DNA of 64,000 nt from Utricularia gibba (taxonomy: Eukaryota > Plantae > Magnoliophyta), in assembly GCA_002189035.1 (NCBI GenBank), contig NEEC01000017.1, positions 1,674,001 to 1,738,000 of the forward strand, in the 5' to 3' direction. Within the stretch, counting starts at the first letter, position 1. Each line of letters begins with the position of its first letter. Of this stretch, positions 13,110-26,280 are shown one piece after another. Made by a program: the position numbers and the translations under genes. A model generated the notes under the pieces. It searched no databases, was not told the DNA's origin, and was given only the letters and a program-made list of their open reading frames with translations.

Positions 13110-13238
13110 TGGGCCCATTGAAGCCCAAATATATTTGGGCCTTATATTACGTCTTTTGAAAACGTTAGTGGACTTCGTTTCTTGTATTGGGCTGTCCACA
13201 TCAATTTGTATACTTTTGTCTCAAAAGCCCAAGCCCAT
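13110..13238. promoter_or_regulatory. Cluster of site II (TGGGCY/RGCCCA) motifs upstream of RPB10, with a telo-box (AAACCCTA) in intron 1 at about 12957
   Basis: About six TGGGCY/RGCCCA copies lie within 130 bp, 100-230 bp upstream of the ATG. The site II plus telo-box combination is an established signature of plant housekeeping and growth genes. Confidence 0.55.
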
Positions 13239-13258
13239 AGGGTCCAACCCTCACCCTC

Positions 13259-13735
13259 TAATTAAATATCGAATATTAAAATATCGAAAAAAAATTCGAT
13301 ATTTAATTTCAGGAATCAAAATACCAAAATTAATATTTATTTCAAAGATGACAAAAAACATATAATTTATTAAAAATATATACAATTATAAAAATTATTC
13401 AAAATCTTGATCTAATAAATACCAAATCTTTTAAAAAATATTTGAGTGTATTATAAATCTAACCAATATTTTAAATGTATGATAAAAATAATCACCATAT
13501 ATGTCAAATTTTGGTTATAGTATAGCAAAAAGAAAGATACCATATCCACTTACTTAAATAACCCAAAATATTATGATCCACCTAAAAAAGATAGACATTC
13601 CAAATCAAATATATTGTACTAAATTTATACAAGACATTTTTCTCGTAAAATTAGAACGTAAATTCATGAAGATTAAATGTAGATTGTAGCATTTGCCAAT
13701 ACAAATAACCAAAAATTTCGGTAGTGGCACTCCTA
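13259..13735. mobile_element. Possible decayed non-autonomous DNA-transposon relic
   Basis: The block is very AT-rich. It has a perfect 13-bp inverted repeat (attaaatatcgaa 13261-13273 / ttcgatatttaat 13295-13307) and ends in tttcggtagtggCACTCCTA, which resembles hAT-type CACCCCTA ends. I could not identify a matching left end or target-site duplication. Confidence 0.2.
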
Positions 13736-13854
13736 GTCAGAAGCACAGCACGGCCAGAGCTAGTAACAAATAAAACACACATTCAAGCAAACTGAACCGA
13801 CGTCTTACAGCGAAGGTACATCACAAGCTCCTTTTTTGGTGAGCTATCAAAGAT

Positions 13855-15391
13855 TCAGAAGACGTCTGGATGGAAGTGCCCGGGGATGGGGCTGCTGTGT
13901 TCTGCTTGATGCAAACGCAATGCCAAGGCATAGTTTTTCATCTGCACAAATGTGAGCAAGCGCGCCAGTGAGCTATACATATTTACAGGATGCTCAAATC
14001 GAAGAAAGACAATGGCGAACCTCGACGGTTCGCAGTTGCTCCTGGCATTGGGCCACCATCAGCTGCAGCTGCTGAACCTCCTGATTCTTTTCCAAGTGTT
14101 CCTTTTGACGTTCATGTTGAATGGCAACACCGCGCTTGAGGATTCCATTATCACGAAGAAGTACTTCAATCTGTCCCTTCAGCACCTCGTTTTCCTATCA
14201 AGGCAATGGCAAATAAGCATCGAGACTTAAGTGATACCAGTTTCCATTGTTGGTTTGTTTCTTCAAGAGAAAAAGGGAATATGGAAAAAATAAAACTAAC
14301 CTTGATAAAATCTTGAGCTACATTAGCTGTGGCCCGAGAAGTGATTGCCTTTTCAAAACTCTCCAAGAGATTTGTTGCTCGAGACCTTGCATCATCCATG
14401 CTGGATGCACAACCCATTTCCCTGAGAAGCAGCTCCACCCATTCCGCACCATCTGCTGGCAGTCTGCTTTGGCTTTGATGTCCCTGGTTGCTACTCTCGT
14501 CTATGGAAGTTGAACCTAAGCACAAGAAAATTCAACTTACGACATGTTTTAAGATGTACAAAACTCAAATTGTTAAAGCAGCCACATGCCAATGCCTTGC
14601 CTCTTCCAGGCAAAACCGCAGCTTTATATTTAAAGTTGGCTGAACTTTCACCTTCATTCGAGCAACAAGTGTTCTTGGAGTATCCAAGATAAATCTCTTG
14701 AAGGCGCTCTGTTACCAAATCCACATTGTTACCAGATGCTTCCAAAGCATTTTCAAGAAGCTGCATTACACCCGCATGAAAAGAGGTTAGAGACCTCCAA
14801 AACAAAACATTGAATTAAATTTTACTGGGAGCACATTTCATCGTCAAGAAAAAACTTTCTGAATAACTTAATCTGATCAGGTGTTCAGCCAAACACTAAA
14901 GAGAATGTGAAAGCCACCAACTCAGCTTACAACGTCTATCAGTTTACATTCAGACTGTCAAAACACAGTCCCAACATGCCGAAAAAGAATGTGACAGTCA
15001 CCCACTCCACAACCACATTAAAATGGAAGACCTTCAAATCAAAAGAATAATTAACAACACCCATGACAGCCCTTGCGCAAAAATAACGCACCGAATACGG
15101 TGAATTATCTGAACAACCCCTATATTAAAAACCCAGATCTAGCAAACCAGAAATCACTAAACTGGCGCATAAAGACGGTGATTTATCTGCACAACCCACC
15201 TCAATTTTCAAAACCGGAAATAAGACCCTGAGCTTATCAACAGGATTATCCTGCAACGGCGGCGAACATCCGAAGCGCACAGGTGAATCCGATGACGCGC
15301 ACCGATACCTCTTGTACGCCGGCGACTGGGATACCTCTGGCTCTATATCATCAAAGAACGATCTCTTACCACAAACAACGGCAGACATCAT
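13855..15391 (-). CDS. CUE-domain / coiled-coil protein of the ubiquitin system (5 exons)
   Basis: MSAVVCGKRSFFDD... | CUE-like LRVLFP..LLENALEASGNNVD | DGAEWVELLLREM...DARSRA..LLESFEK | ENEVLK...ILKRGVAIQHERQ | NYAL...HFHPDVF*. Intron 2 needs a GC donor. Confidence 0.85.
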
Positions 15392-15835
15392 AGCCAGCTA
15401 AACAAGAAAAGATACGATGCGGTATTTGAGAAATCCCAGTCCCTCGGATAATCCCCTCTACGCCTATAATCAAAGGAACACGATCAAAAATGAATCAAGA
15501 ACAAGGCTTAGGGTTCTCGCAAGAATCGGGAAAAGTTAATTTCAAAAGGTCACCTACGTAATGGGTATTTATAGAACTTGTCGAACTTAATTGGGCTGCT
15601 TTCCCACTCGGCCCGATCCAAAATTCCTCTAAAATATCCACAACTGAAGCCCAACAATCCAATGACGTAACATTCATTCGTACAACACACACCACACCAT
15701 TCACACACACTACCAACGCCTCACACTGTTGTGCCTAATTCAAACCTTAACACTACAGAGCAATCAAAGCAACTCAACTATTTCCATGTTTGAAGGCAAA
15801 AGGATGAAGAGTGAAGGATTCCCACAACTGTGTAA

Positions 15836-17399
15836 TTAGACTGGAGCATTCTCAATTTCTGGCTTTGCTTCCTTCGCATCAGATTCGAGCTCAGAGCTAT
15901 CTTTTGGCATCTTGAACATGTCATCGTTTTGGAGATCAGCAAACTTCTCTTTGTCACCTTTCAAAAGCTCCAACACTCGAAGCATAGTTGGCCTCTTTTC
16001 TGGTTGATTTTGGGAGCAGACAAGGCCCACAAAGATGACCCTTCCGAGCTCTTCTTCCACGAAGTTTCCATTGAGTTTTTGATCTGCAAGTTCATTGAAT
16101 TTCCTTTCACATGCCAGAGGTAAGGCCCAGTCAGTGATTGCTCGTTTCACTGATCCATCCAGCCTCTCCAGAGGCTTCCTTCCAGTAGCAAGCTCCAGAA
16201 GAAGAATGCCAAAACTGTAAACATCGCAGCTTTCAGAGGCCTTTCCTAGCATTGCATACTCTGGGGCGAGGTAGCCGAGTGTTCCCTTTACTCGGGTTGT
16301 CACATGCGTAGCTCCCTCTGGTATGAACTTCGCGAAGCCGAAATCTGAAACCTTGGCATTGAAATCATTGTCTAGTAATACATTGCTTGCTTTGATGTCC
16401 AGGTGGATTATGTGTGGAGCTGCAGAATGATGCAGGTAGCTGTATGAACCAACCAATGCATGGTTATGTGGATAATTCAGGGCTCAGTGGAAAAAGGAGT
16501 AAACTTGCATCAAGTACTCACGCAATTCCTTCTGCAGCACCAATGGCGATGTTCATCCGTCTGCCCCAATCAAGATGGCATTCAGAAGAATGCTGGCCGT
16601 GAAGACGGGATAACAAGCTTAGATTTGTCATGTAATCATAAACAATCAAGCGTTCCTGCCCTTCTGCACAATAGCCACGCAATGAAAGCAAATTCTTGTG
16701 TCGTACATGCGCAAGAATTTCAACTTCCACAGAGAACTCTGTCTCGGCCTTGCTACTCCATGATTTCAACCTCTTCACAGCTATCTGTACAATGCACGGG
16801 AAGAAGGGGGGGGGGTATTCTATGAAAAGCAATGGTAGCAAAACATCTGCACTCTGTAACGAATCCACAAAATATACAGAAGAAAACCTCTGCTGCAACT
16901 GCAGTTGGCTTAACAACCTTATGTTTACATGAAGTTTGATGAGTTAGATAATCATCTTACTTGAGATCCATCCCATAGTTGTCCCCAATAAACACTTCCA
17001 AATCCACCTTCTCCAAGCTTGTTATCATAGTTGAAGTTATTTGTGGCTAGCTGCAATTCTTTTAACGAAAAAATCCTCCATGAAGGCTCCTTTTTCCCAT
17101 GGTTTTTCCTGCACCAACAGTTATGGTTTGAAAATAACATCACAAAAGAGAAGAAATGATATTCCAGTGGCTTCTTCCATCTTCCGATTATTGAAACTAG
17201 AAAAAAAAAAAGGTGATGTAGTTTCAGAACTTCTTCAACCACTCTAAGACTAGAGCAGAATGACGGCTAGGAAGTATCCAATCCTTTCAAGTACGCATCC
17301 AAATTCAAAACCAAATTCAACACACACGCGAGATAGCCATCGGGAAAGCACATACCGATCTGATTGAGCAAAGCAGCAAAAGGCTGAGCGAAAACCCAT
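15836..17399 (-). CDS. PTI1-like receptor-like cytoplasmic kinase (4 exons)
   Basis: [15 protein letters not shown]|[18 protein letters not shown]...GEGGFGSVY | IAVKRLK | [20 protein letters not shown] and DVYSFG. No transmembrane segment. The N-terminal Gly2 and CC suggest acylation. Confidence 0.9.
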
Positions 17400-19453
17400 A
17401 ATCTTTTCGAAACGGCCCACTTCTCAAAATCTAATCTTCCCTTCACCACAGCAAAACTAACTAGTCACTTCAAAATCATTTCCCTTCTTCGACCCAGCCC
17501 TTCGCTTGTTCAAACTAACAGAATTCAGGGACTCCAAGGAAAGGACCAGGAACCAAAGAGCCCTTTCCTTAGTGGATACTGGGATGAAGAGTAAAGCTCC
17601 AATGAGGAACAACAAAAACAATCGGTAAAGTTTAGATGCAGTAATTTTGATTTTGGATTCGTCGGCTGTTGCGTGACTCGAAAGAGTGAACTGCTTACTT
17701 TCTCCTTTAGCGATTTGAATTGCACACCTCCCTGGACCTGGACCACCACGCACCCACCTTCGCTTTTAGATGCTGAGTTGTGCTCTGTTCCAAAGACCCC
17801 CTGCGCCTGCAACTTCCAACCTAACCACCATTAACTGAACTGCGGTCCGCAAATCTCTTTGTCCTTTTTCGAGTTCCAATTTGGATTAAATTTTTTGTAA
17901 TAAAGTAAATTCAATCATTTTAATTATGTAATAAAATTTAAAAAATAAAATTATTATTTAAATGAATTTACCTCATTTTCAATTTAATTATAGACTAATT
18001 TCCACTTCAATTCATGATTTTCACTACAGAGTACAGTCAACTCTTAATAAATCTAACAAAATAAGTACATTTTTAATATATATTTTTTATAGGAGAATTA
18101 TTAGGAACAGATGAATTGGCCCAAGCAAAGTACATTTACTTTTTTATTATTCACTAATTTTTCACTATTTAAAATACATATATTAGAAGTCAAATTTAAA
18201 ATAGAAAATATGTTATTCCTTATTTTTCATACATCTTTTTACTTCTGCATATTTCATATAAAAAACCATTTTTTTTTAAAAAAGCAGATAATTCTTAAAA
18301 AATAAAAATAAGTTCCAGAACTTTCCATTATATATTTTTTTTCAGATATTAGGTTTAAAACAAACAAGAATTTGGTTAGGACAAGGTTGGTCTAGAGTCA
18401 GAATCCAAGATGTGACAGTGTGACAGTAACATCGATCATAGAATCAGGTATTGGGCCATGCTGCTGAGTTATTCATGTTGGGCCAGCCCATTAATTTGCA
18501 AGTGAATGTTGAGATAAGGAATTGGGCCTCTCGTTGTGGCCCAGTTCAGGTAGGGATTTGGCGCAGTAGTTCATTATCCCACAGTTGAATTCCAGGGCTT
18601 TTTCTCAGCAGAGACTGGGTTGCAGCAGCAACTTCTTGTTGTTAATTTAGACCGCAGAAAAAGTAACTTTTGAAGCAAAAGAAGCTGAAGAGGTTAGATC
18701 AAGAAGCTGCAGCAACAGGCAACTTGTGACTGGTAGATAGATGTTTACTTATGCTTATTATTGATTATGATCATATTAAGAATGGTGATCAATGTTAAAA
18801 TACATAATTTCACATTAAAAAATAAAAATAAAATAATTAATTATATAAAAATTTATAAATCATTATTAATTATTTGGATTTAATCGTTTTTATTATAATC
18901 TGTATTTCTTATATATTTAGATTTTACATGTGCACTCGTTATCGAATCTTAAATTTTAATATGGTATCAAAGCGAAGTAAATGATGGATTTGGTGATTTT
19001 AGATAGAGAAAAAGAGGCATTTGCGTAAACCTAAATATTCAATACGATATTGATTCATTTTTATATTTTTAAAATAATTTAAAATTTTAATTTTAAATAT
19101 TATGCGACCTTTTTTTGTGGCTCTCGTGTTTTCCTACGAGTCTTCGAACACAGCATGCATATAAATTAAGATTATGATTACTATTATTGTACAAAATCAT
19201 TTAGTAGGGGAGGAGACAATAAAACATATAATTAGTTTGTTTTTTGGAGTCATTCAAAGGGTCATAATCGCACACTTTAAGCCACCATCATACAAAAGAT
19301 TACTATTTTAAAAAATAATCCTAAAACAAACGGCACCTTAAACTCCCTAAACTTCAGAAGTGATACTATGGCACCTTGTCCCCCACGCAAATTCCGCAGA
19401 AATCAATTGAAGAAGAAGAAGAAGAGTTTCATGTACAAGACAAGGAAGGGAAT

Positions 19454-19978
19454 TCAATACGAGAACTGAATCCTCCGGTGAGCCTGGATCCGGTCTCTCA
19501 GAATTCCACTGTAGAGCGCCATGTGATTAGCCGGCATTTCTGTCTTCGTCAATCCCGCATCCTCTTCCAATTCTTCGTCCACGCCGTAGGAATTGGAATA
19601 ATCATCGTGATTCCTCCGCCGCCGCCTTCTCCTCCTATAGACTTCTCCACCCCCGCGCGATTCCCTCACATCCCCCGCGAATTTCACTTTCTTCTTCTTC
19701 TTTCCGCCATCGCAGCATCCCGAACCTGAGCTTTTCTTTGTTAACGCCGATCCGTAATCCGGAAAGAAGAGTAAAGAAACCACGCGAATCGCGATCTTTT
19801 CTTGTGAATTACCTGAGGAAGAAGACGACGACGACGACGACAAGCACGACTTGAGTGCGGGTAGCGGCTCCACGGACAGAAGACGCTTCTTCTCCTTGTA
19901 GATATCGAAGAGAATTAGGGATCCGGCGGAGATCGCCACCGCGAATACCAGCCCTTGACAGGTCAAAAGCGAAGACAT
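19454..19978 (-). CDS. Small conserved plant protein of unknown function (hydrophobic N-terminus, Ser run, KKKVKFA and MPANxxALYxGILRDR motifs); probable 87-nt intron at 19726-19812
   Basis: 174-aa ORF containing a GT...AG segment (TCAG|gtaatt ... ctcag|GTTCG) whose removal keeps the frame. Confidence 0.7.
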   Translation of the reverse strand: MSSLLTCQGLVFAVAISAGSLILFDIYKEKKRLLSVEPLPALKSCLSSSSSSSSSGNSQEKIAIRVVSLLFFPDYGSALTKKSSGSGCCDGGKKKKKVKFAGDVRESRGGGEVYRRRRRRRRNHDDYSNSYGVDEELEEDAGLTKTEMPANHMALYSGILRDRIQAHRRIQFSY

Positions 19979-21133
19979 GAGCGAATCCAGAGATTACCGG
20001 TCGACAAGCAGTACAAACTCGCGATTGCCGGTCAGTAACGCCCCTTATATACAAATATCTATTATCAAACGTCTCTGATCAACACACACCCAGCCATATT
20101 ATATTAAATATTACATTATTCCGGTGTTTTTTTCTGATTGGTCGGCTCCTAGATTATTGTCTTCTTCCTCGCCAACAAAAAAAACACCCACTTGTCGGCA
20201 AAACCATGGTCTGTGAAGTCCAATGTGAATGCGGCTCCATGGAGGGATCTTTGGCGACAGCGAGATGATTGGGTGTCGTATCCAAGTTAAATGCAACCAC
20301 CAAAGTGATCTCAAATTATATGAATTTCAGGGTTGGTTCGAGCATGGTGCACCCTAACTCCTGTATCATCATGTCACTTTTGGATGAATTATAAAAGTAA
20401 CATATTATGTATAAAAAACTAATCTTAATGTGTGAGATTAAAACCAAGAATGTTCACTTTTGATAGCCCGAATCAGCCTAGCAACAAGTCTATGGAGCAT
20501 CCTTTTCAACACACACTACAAAACCATGGCCCGTAGACCACCGTTTTACAAACATCGTAAGCAGGTCATGATCGCGATCAACATCTCCAATTCTTTTACG
20601 AGGTGGGTGGATTCCGTATTTAAATAATGACGACTAAATTGCAATTGAAACATTTTTTGTCTGAATAATTTATAGAGATTACATTAAATTTGATAGAAAT
20701 TAAATCGTTTTCACAAGTAATTGACTATCTAAAATATTGTATGAGGTATTTGTGAATAATCAAATAATTGAAATGATAAAAAAATATATTTGGGATGTGG
20801 CAGTTACAATTTAAATGTATTATTTAATGAGAATTTAAATTCCATCCTGTATGTGAAATTCATTCTATATTTTTAGTAAGATATTCAAATTTCCTTCACA
20901 AACGCCGACAAACAAATGATTGGTGTGTTGGGGGTTTGCATCGATGGTAAGTTGGTAGGCGGATTTCCGAGCTGCCGGAGGGTGAACTGATGCAGCCGCC
21001 ACTCCATAAACAACAGACAGATGGTTAAACTGAAGATAGAAAGCTAGATTCTGACGACAGGATTCCATTACAAGCACAATGCAGCAACAAAGCAGGACGA
21101 AAGAGAGACGGATTGAGGCGGCGGCGGGTTTGG

Positions 21134-23987
21134 TTAGGTAGTGAGGATGGGTGGGAGGAAGTCGGATTTGGTACCAAGAATCCGGGCTTTGGTGTCGGGG
21201 AAGAACTCGGTTCCGGGGAGTTCAGTGATTTGGCCCTCGCTCGAAACCGCAATCGGATATCGGAGGAGGTGGCCGGGAAGGTCTCGCTCGAGCTCTTCGC
21301 TGGCGTACAGATCCCAGTACTTGTCGGCCAAGTCGTTCACTTTCCGCACGCATTCCTCGCTCTCGGGGTGGAGGAACGAGTTGTCGAGCATGCCCAGATG
21401 CTCATACCAGAGTGCCATTCTGAAGCCGTGTACCTGGCCCCTGGCGGGCTGCCTCGGGAGTGACAGGTGATGCGGTTGGTAGGCTCCCATGGCGATCTCG
21501 GAGTCCCTCGCCCCGTCCATTGATCTCTGGTTGATGTTGGCTGATCCAACTATGATGTATTCATCATCAGCTGCAATGTAAAACACGGAGTATCATTACT
21601 ACTATATCGATCGCATTTCTTGTGCGAAGAGGACTGACTGGAAAGAGATGAGGTTTTACCGATCAGCATCTTGGCATGGACGTAGATCATGAACCGGCGG
21701 GCCTCCTGAGCTCTTTCGTAGTCGGAGTTGGGCTCAGGTTTCTCGGAAGGGATGTACTCCCCGTCTTTCTTCACCTCTCTGTTAGCAAGGCAGAAGAAGG
21801 TGAGGTAATTTCTGGGATCCTCTTCGATGCCCTGAGCTTGAAGGGCCTGAATGATGTCTTTGTACATCATTTCCATCGTCCTCCTCTGCCAATCCAGTAT
21901 AGCCTGAACAGATCCACTCTCAGGAATGCCCTCAGGCCACATAGGTACGACGACATACACAGTGAACCTTTCCCCAGCCTCAATCTTGCTCACAATCTTC
22001 AGGGAGAGTTCCTTTGGTATGACATGTAGAGCTCCAATGTCCTCGACTTTGATGTCACCGCCGTCCCAGGCAAATGAGCTTCCCAGGAAGTACTGATTCT
22101 CAATGTAAATAAAGTTCTTGGCGCGACGTATTGCGTGAATGTAGGCATCTTGGATGCTGCGATCTACTATGTTGTCCTTGCCACTAACAAGTCCAGCCCC
22201 CGCAGCCTCCTCAGGTGATTCGGGAAATCCAAAGGCTGCCCCGCCGTCAATTGATCTGAATAATTGGACGTTCCATGCCTCCTGGTCATCTGGGTACACA
22301 ACCGGAGATGGGGGAATGATGTCATCGAGTTCCCTCAGGTTGACCAGCAAATCCTTCCCACCTTGCTTCCTCCATCTCTGCTCAAAGTTAAAGAGAACAT
22401 CCCAAGCAACAGGGCCTTCAAGCCGGGAATGAATGTCGTGCCAAGGCTCCCGAGGGCCGCCTTTGGAGATTGAACCGCCGGTGAAGTTGGGCTGGTGGAA
22501 GTCATCGTGATGAGCGGTATCCAATGTCCGAAACAGAGAGTGGAATTGGGTATCATATCTTCCATCACAGAGATCAATACCGCCCACAAAACTCACAACT
22601 CTCCTCCTGTCTGTCTCCCCGTTAGGAAAACCACTGTCTGCAATTACAATCTTTTGGTGGTGCGTAAACATGGTGGAGATCTGCAAGTCTTGGACAAAGC
22701 TGCCTCCATTATCAGGATTTCGAGGGCACAAGACACAGTGAACATCTGTATCCCTGAAGTACTGTTCAGTCTCCTCATCATGCGTGGCCATCAAGCCATC
22801 CTTCTTCAGTAAACCAACTGAAGTTCTGTCATCCCAAACGAGCATGAGAACTCGAATACCCTCACTAGCTCTCTTCTTCAGCAGCTCACCAACAGTTATT
22901 TCACCTCCAGGCTTCTGCCTGCGGGTGTCCCGAATCAAACTGATTTCAGTATAGACGGACCAACCTGTGATGTAAATAAAGTGCTTCGCATTGGTGATCG
23001 CATCAAATATATCTTCCCAGCACCTGTGAGGCTCATAGAACTGCCCACCAGATAAGGGGATTCTTGGAATAAATTTGTCAGGCACATGAGCATCTTGGTA
23101 AAGTGAGACGCGGCAACCAGTTCTCTGCGCATAGAATGTGTAAGGAACCCCAGGGTACCTAGCACTTTTGACTCCACGAGCCCAGTTCCTGTCCCGAGTG
23201 ACATCGAAAAACTGAAGCTTCACATGGATCTTTGATCCTTCATGAATCGGGTTCTTGTCCTCGTCCAGTATCTCAGCCCACCTATCCACTTCCTCACCTT
23301 CCAAGAGTTCAGAAACTGGGACATAGGCTCTCCCAATTAAGGTGGCACCAATAGGATTAGCATCTTTGACAGTGAATATCACGTTCGAAGCCAGGTGTGC
23401 ACAATAAATATGGAAAGATTCAAACCATCTCGGGTTTTCAGGTTCATTTTCAAGAATTCTAGTTCTCCCGACTCTAGCCTTTTCCAGATCAACAGTTGCG
23501 TAAATCTTAGAACTTCCCTTGCCGACACCAACTGCTTCCTCGAAGTTCTCTTTGAGCTGCAATATATATAGTTGTTTGTTGGTGAGTTACAACAAAAAGC
23601 TTCAGGAACAAAAGATTGAACCGACACAACAGAGCTCAAGTCATGTCTAAATATTCTTATTCTTTCACGCTATTTCTTCCCTGTTTGTCAAAACGCACTT
23701 TACTTGCCCTGTTAGTTCAAAAGCATCATCGTCCTTGCCATACAAATGGAATAATATTCTCCATACACGCAGATCCACATGGAAAACGCATCATAGCCAG
23801 AGGGTTGTCAGAGTCCAAATGATTGGGCAAAAAGATAAACCTTTCGCCCGCAGACAACTCAAGAGCCGATCTGATTTAGATCTAAAAAGTATACCTTGCT
23901 GAAGATATTTCTACTCCTTCGGGAGTGCAATTGATCCACTTCGTAGATCGTCACATGAAGAGTTCCATGGAGCAAGATCTGCGCCAT
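21134..23987 (-). CDS. PLDalpha1: Phospholipase D alpha (C2-PLD), 3 coding exons: 23895-23987, 21660-23556, 21134-21570
   Basis: [16 protein letters not shown] start, a C2 domain, two HxKxxxxD motifs ([16 protein letters not shown]), [17 protein letters not shown], and the C-terminus LPPILTT*. Confidence 0.96.
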
Positions 23988-24312
23988 CACTGCGATCAAA
24001 ATGAAGAAATCGGTTCCCAACCCCTATCAAGATGCACAATCGTAAGTCCAAATCATGAGCCATGACCCACAAGCACCATGGATTTCAACAAATGCGAAAA
24101 AATCACTCGAAAATAAGCTTCAAAAAGGGCACCTACCAACTGGGCGAAAAACCTGGTGCGAAGAACAACAGCGAAACGAGATGCGATGTGGGAGAAAGGC
24201 CTTAATTTGTGCCAAGTGGGAAGACGACACTGGCCGGGATCTCTGCTTTATACAAAACGGCAGCCATACAGATCCAGTTCCACTCCCGACGTTGACAAAC
24301 TTCAGAGGATAA

Positions 24313-24338
24313 ATTTATTTATTTATTTATTTATTTAT
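24313..24338. repeat. (ATTT)6 microsatellite
   Basis: Read directly from the sequence. Confidence 0.8.
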
Positions 24339-25305
24339 ATTTATCACGCCGTGGAAATTTTAAAAAAATTATTTAATACAATTAATAAAATAAATTAATG
24401 GAAATTGCATACTTAATCCAGAAGCTTTGTACAAAGCTGAGAGTTCCCCTTATTACACAAAATGGGCTCTCCAGTTACATGAGAGTTCAGTTTCACTCTT
24501 CTCGCGTGGCCCAAACCTGTTTCACTGTAGATGATCCAATGGGCTTGGTTTAGGCCCAACCTGAAATTGATTAATAATGTTTGATATTATAATATATAAG
24601 ATATATACCCAATTTTACAAATATACTAATGAACTCTTAAAATAATAAAAAAATGGATAAAATATTTTAATTATTTATATGAAGATAATATATGTTATAT
24701 AGTTATGATAAAGAATGTTTCATAGATAAATTTTATAAATTTATATTTTAAATGATATTATATATAATAAATTTATTTAAAATAGACGATAAAAAAAAAT
24801 TCATCATTTGAAAAAAAATTATAAAAGGATTTTTTTAAAAAAATATGATTCTAAGGATTATTTAAGAGTTTTATAAATTATACGTATATTGAAAAACACC
24901 TTTTTTTAAATACATGTTATTCTCGTATTGTAACTATAAACAATTCTATTAAATACTATTATTGATTATTTTCTTTTTTTATTATTTTTTATGATCATTC
25001 ATATAGCTCAACGTCATTTGCACCTTATATTACATTTAGTTCTTCCCAAACGAAATGGAATCATCTACAATTGGTTTACAGAATTTTCGAGATTTGATTT
25101 TGTTTTTCGTAATGTCAACAATCAGTTTTTCATACTGGAATAAGGGATCTTTTCGCGTCCGTGAGCACAGCTCGTTTCACCTGCGTTCGAAATCAGCGTG
25201 AGTTGGAGAAGAGAGCTGCTGCTGCTGCATGTGGGAAACAAAGGGGGGTACTATTCCAATCCATTAGATCAGCCTAGTGGTTTGTGGTGTGACTCACTGC
25301 ACGCC

Positions 25306-25318
25306 CACGTGGCACGTG
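25306..25318. promoter_or_regulatory. Tandem G-boxes (CACGTG-G-CACGTG) between the divergent PLD and SHN genes
   Basis: Two CACGTG hexamers are 1 bp apart. Function is inferred only. Confidence 0.35.
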
Positions 25319-26280
25319 ATCGATGGCCCTGATACACTTATTACACTTCACCCATAATACTCAGACAGGATATCCATGCAACATCGAATCGATATTCCTT
25401 CTTTGTCTCTTCATCTCACCAATGCACCTCCCCCCATTAGTTTCTAGAAGCACCCAGAGACATCGAGAAGAGTATTTTTTGCTGTATTCTCTTCTCTGCC
25501 CCAACGGTAAATCAATGAGCAATCTTGACAGAAGAAGCCTCCTGGGCCTGGAAAAGGAAGACCAAGCTCCTGGAGCAGTCACATGGCGATTAGGTTTTGA
25601 ACAAAGCTGTAGGTAGGTCTTGGGATGGCATTAGAGCTATGGAAAAGATGAAATTATTGGCAGAAATAGAAGAACTTCAGTATACATCCATTATGTACTT
25701 GTACATGAGATGCGACCCAATCATGCCTAATTATCCACCAAATAATGCAATACCTCTTTGACGATGACAACCACACGTCCATCATCACCCCTACACCCCA
25801 ATAATTCAGTCCCCTAAAGAGGAGGACCAGAGACTAAACATCTGCTTATCTTTCGTGTCCACAGTGGGCAGCCTTTTGGTTCTTTGGGGGTCCGAGATCG
25901 AGGTTTCTGAGCCTGGTTTTTTAACATGGGATGGGAGCAACGTGGGAATATCCCATAGTAGAAGAGAAGCCAGCTCAGAACCACATGCAGCTACCACCCT
26001 AAGCTACTTCATCTAGCATTGCAACTTTACGATGGATTTGGGCACGTACTCGGGGAGGTCCCGGGATGCCTGTTTTATGATATGCTGACCATCACAGTTA
26101 TGATGTGCAGAGTAGTTTATTGGGAATAAAAAGGGTTTTCTTACTGCAACCAACGACAAGGAGATGAGATGCTTCCTCGTTAAATGGTTGTGGTAATAAT
26201 TAGTGTTCTCTCTCTCTCTCTCTTGGTGTTTCTATAAATTAGTGTTCACTGGGTTTGGTGTTTTGGTCATCAAGGAGGTC

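Noticed and set aside
21113-22812. Several long ORFs antisense to PLD; similar ones lie opposite HUS1, DUF632, CML and FPG
   Set aside because: These are shadow ORFs produced by GC-rich coding sequence on the other strand.
24600-24895. AT-rich block with partial inverted similarity (aactcttaaa.taat)
   Set aside because: Low complexity makes such matches likely, and there are no clear termini or target-site duplication.
25526-25535. TGACAGAAGA, identical to the first 10 nt of miR156
   Set aside because: The match stops after 10 nt and I found no complementary star arm or hairpin.
25361-25582. 73-aa minus-strand ORF between PLD and SHN
   Set aside because: I recognised no domain, splice pattern or small-peptide family motif, and the length is within chance expectation.
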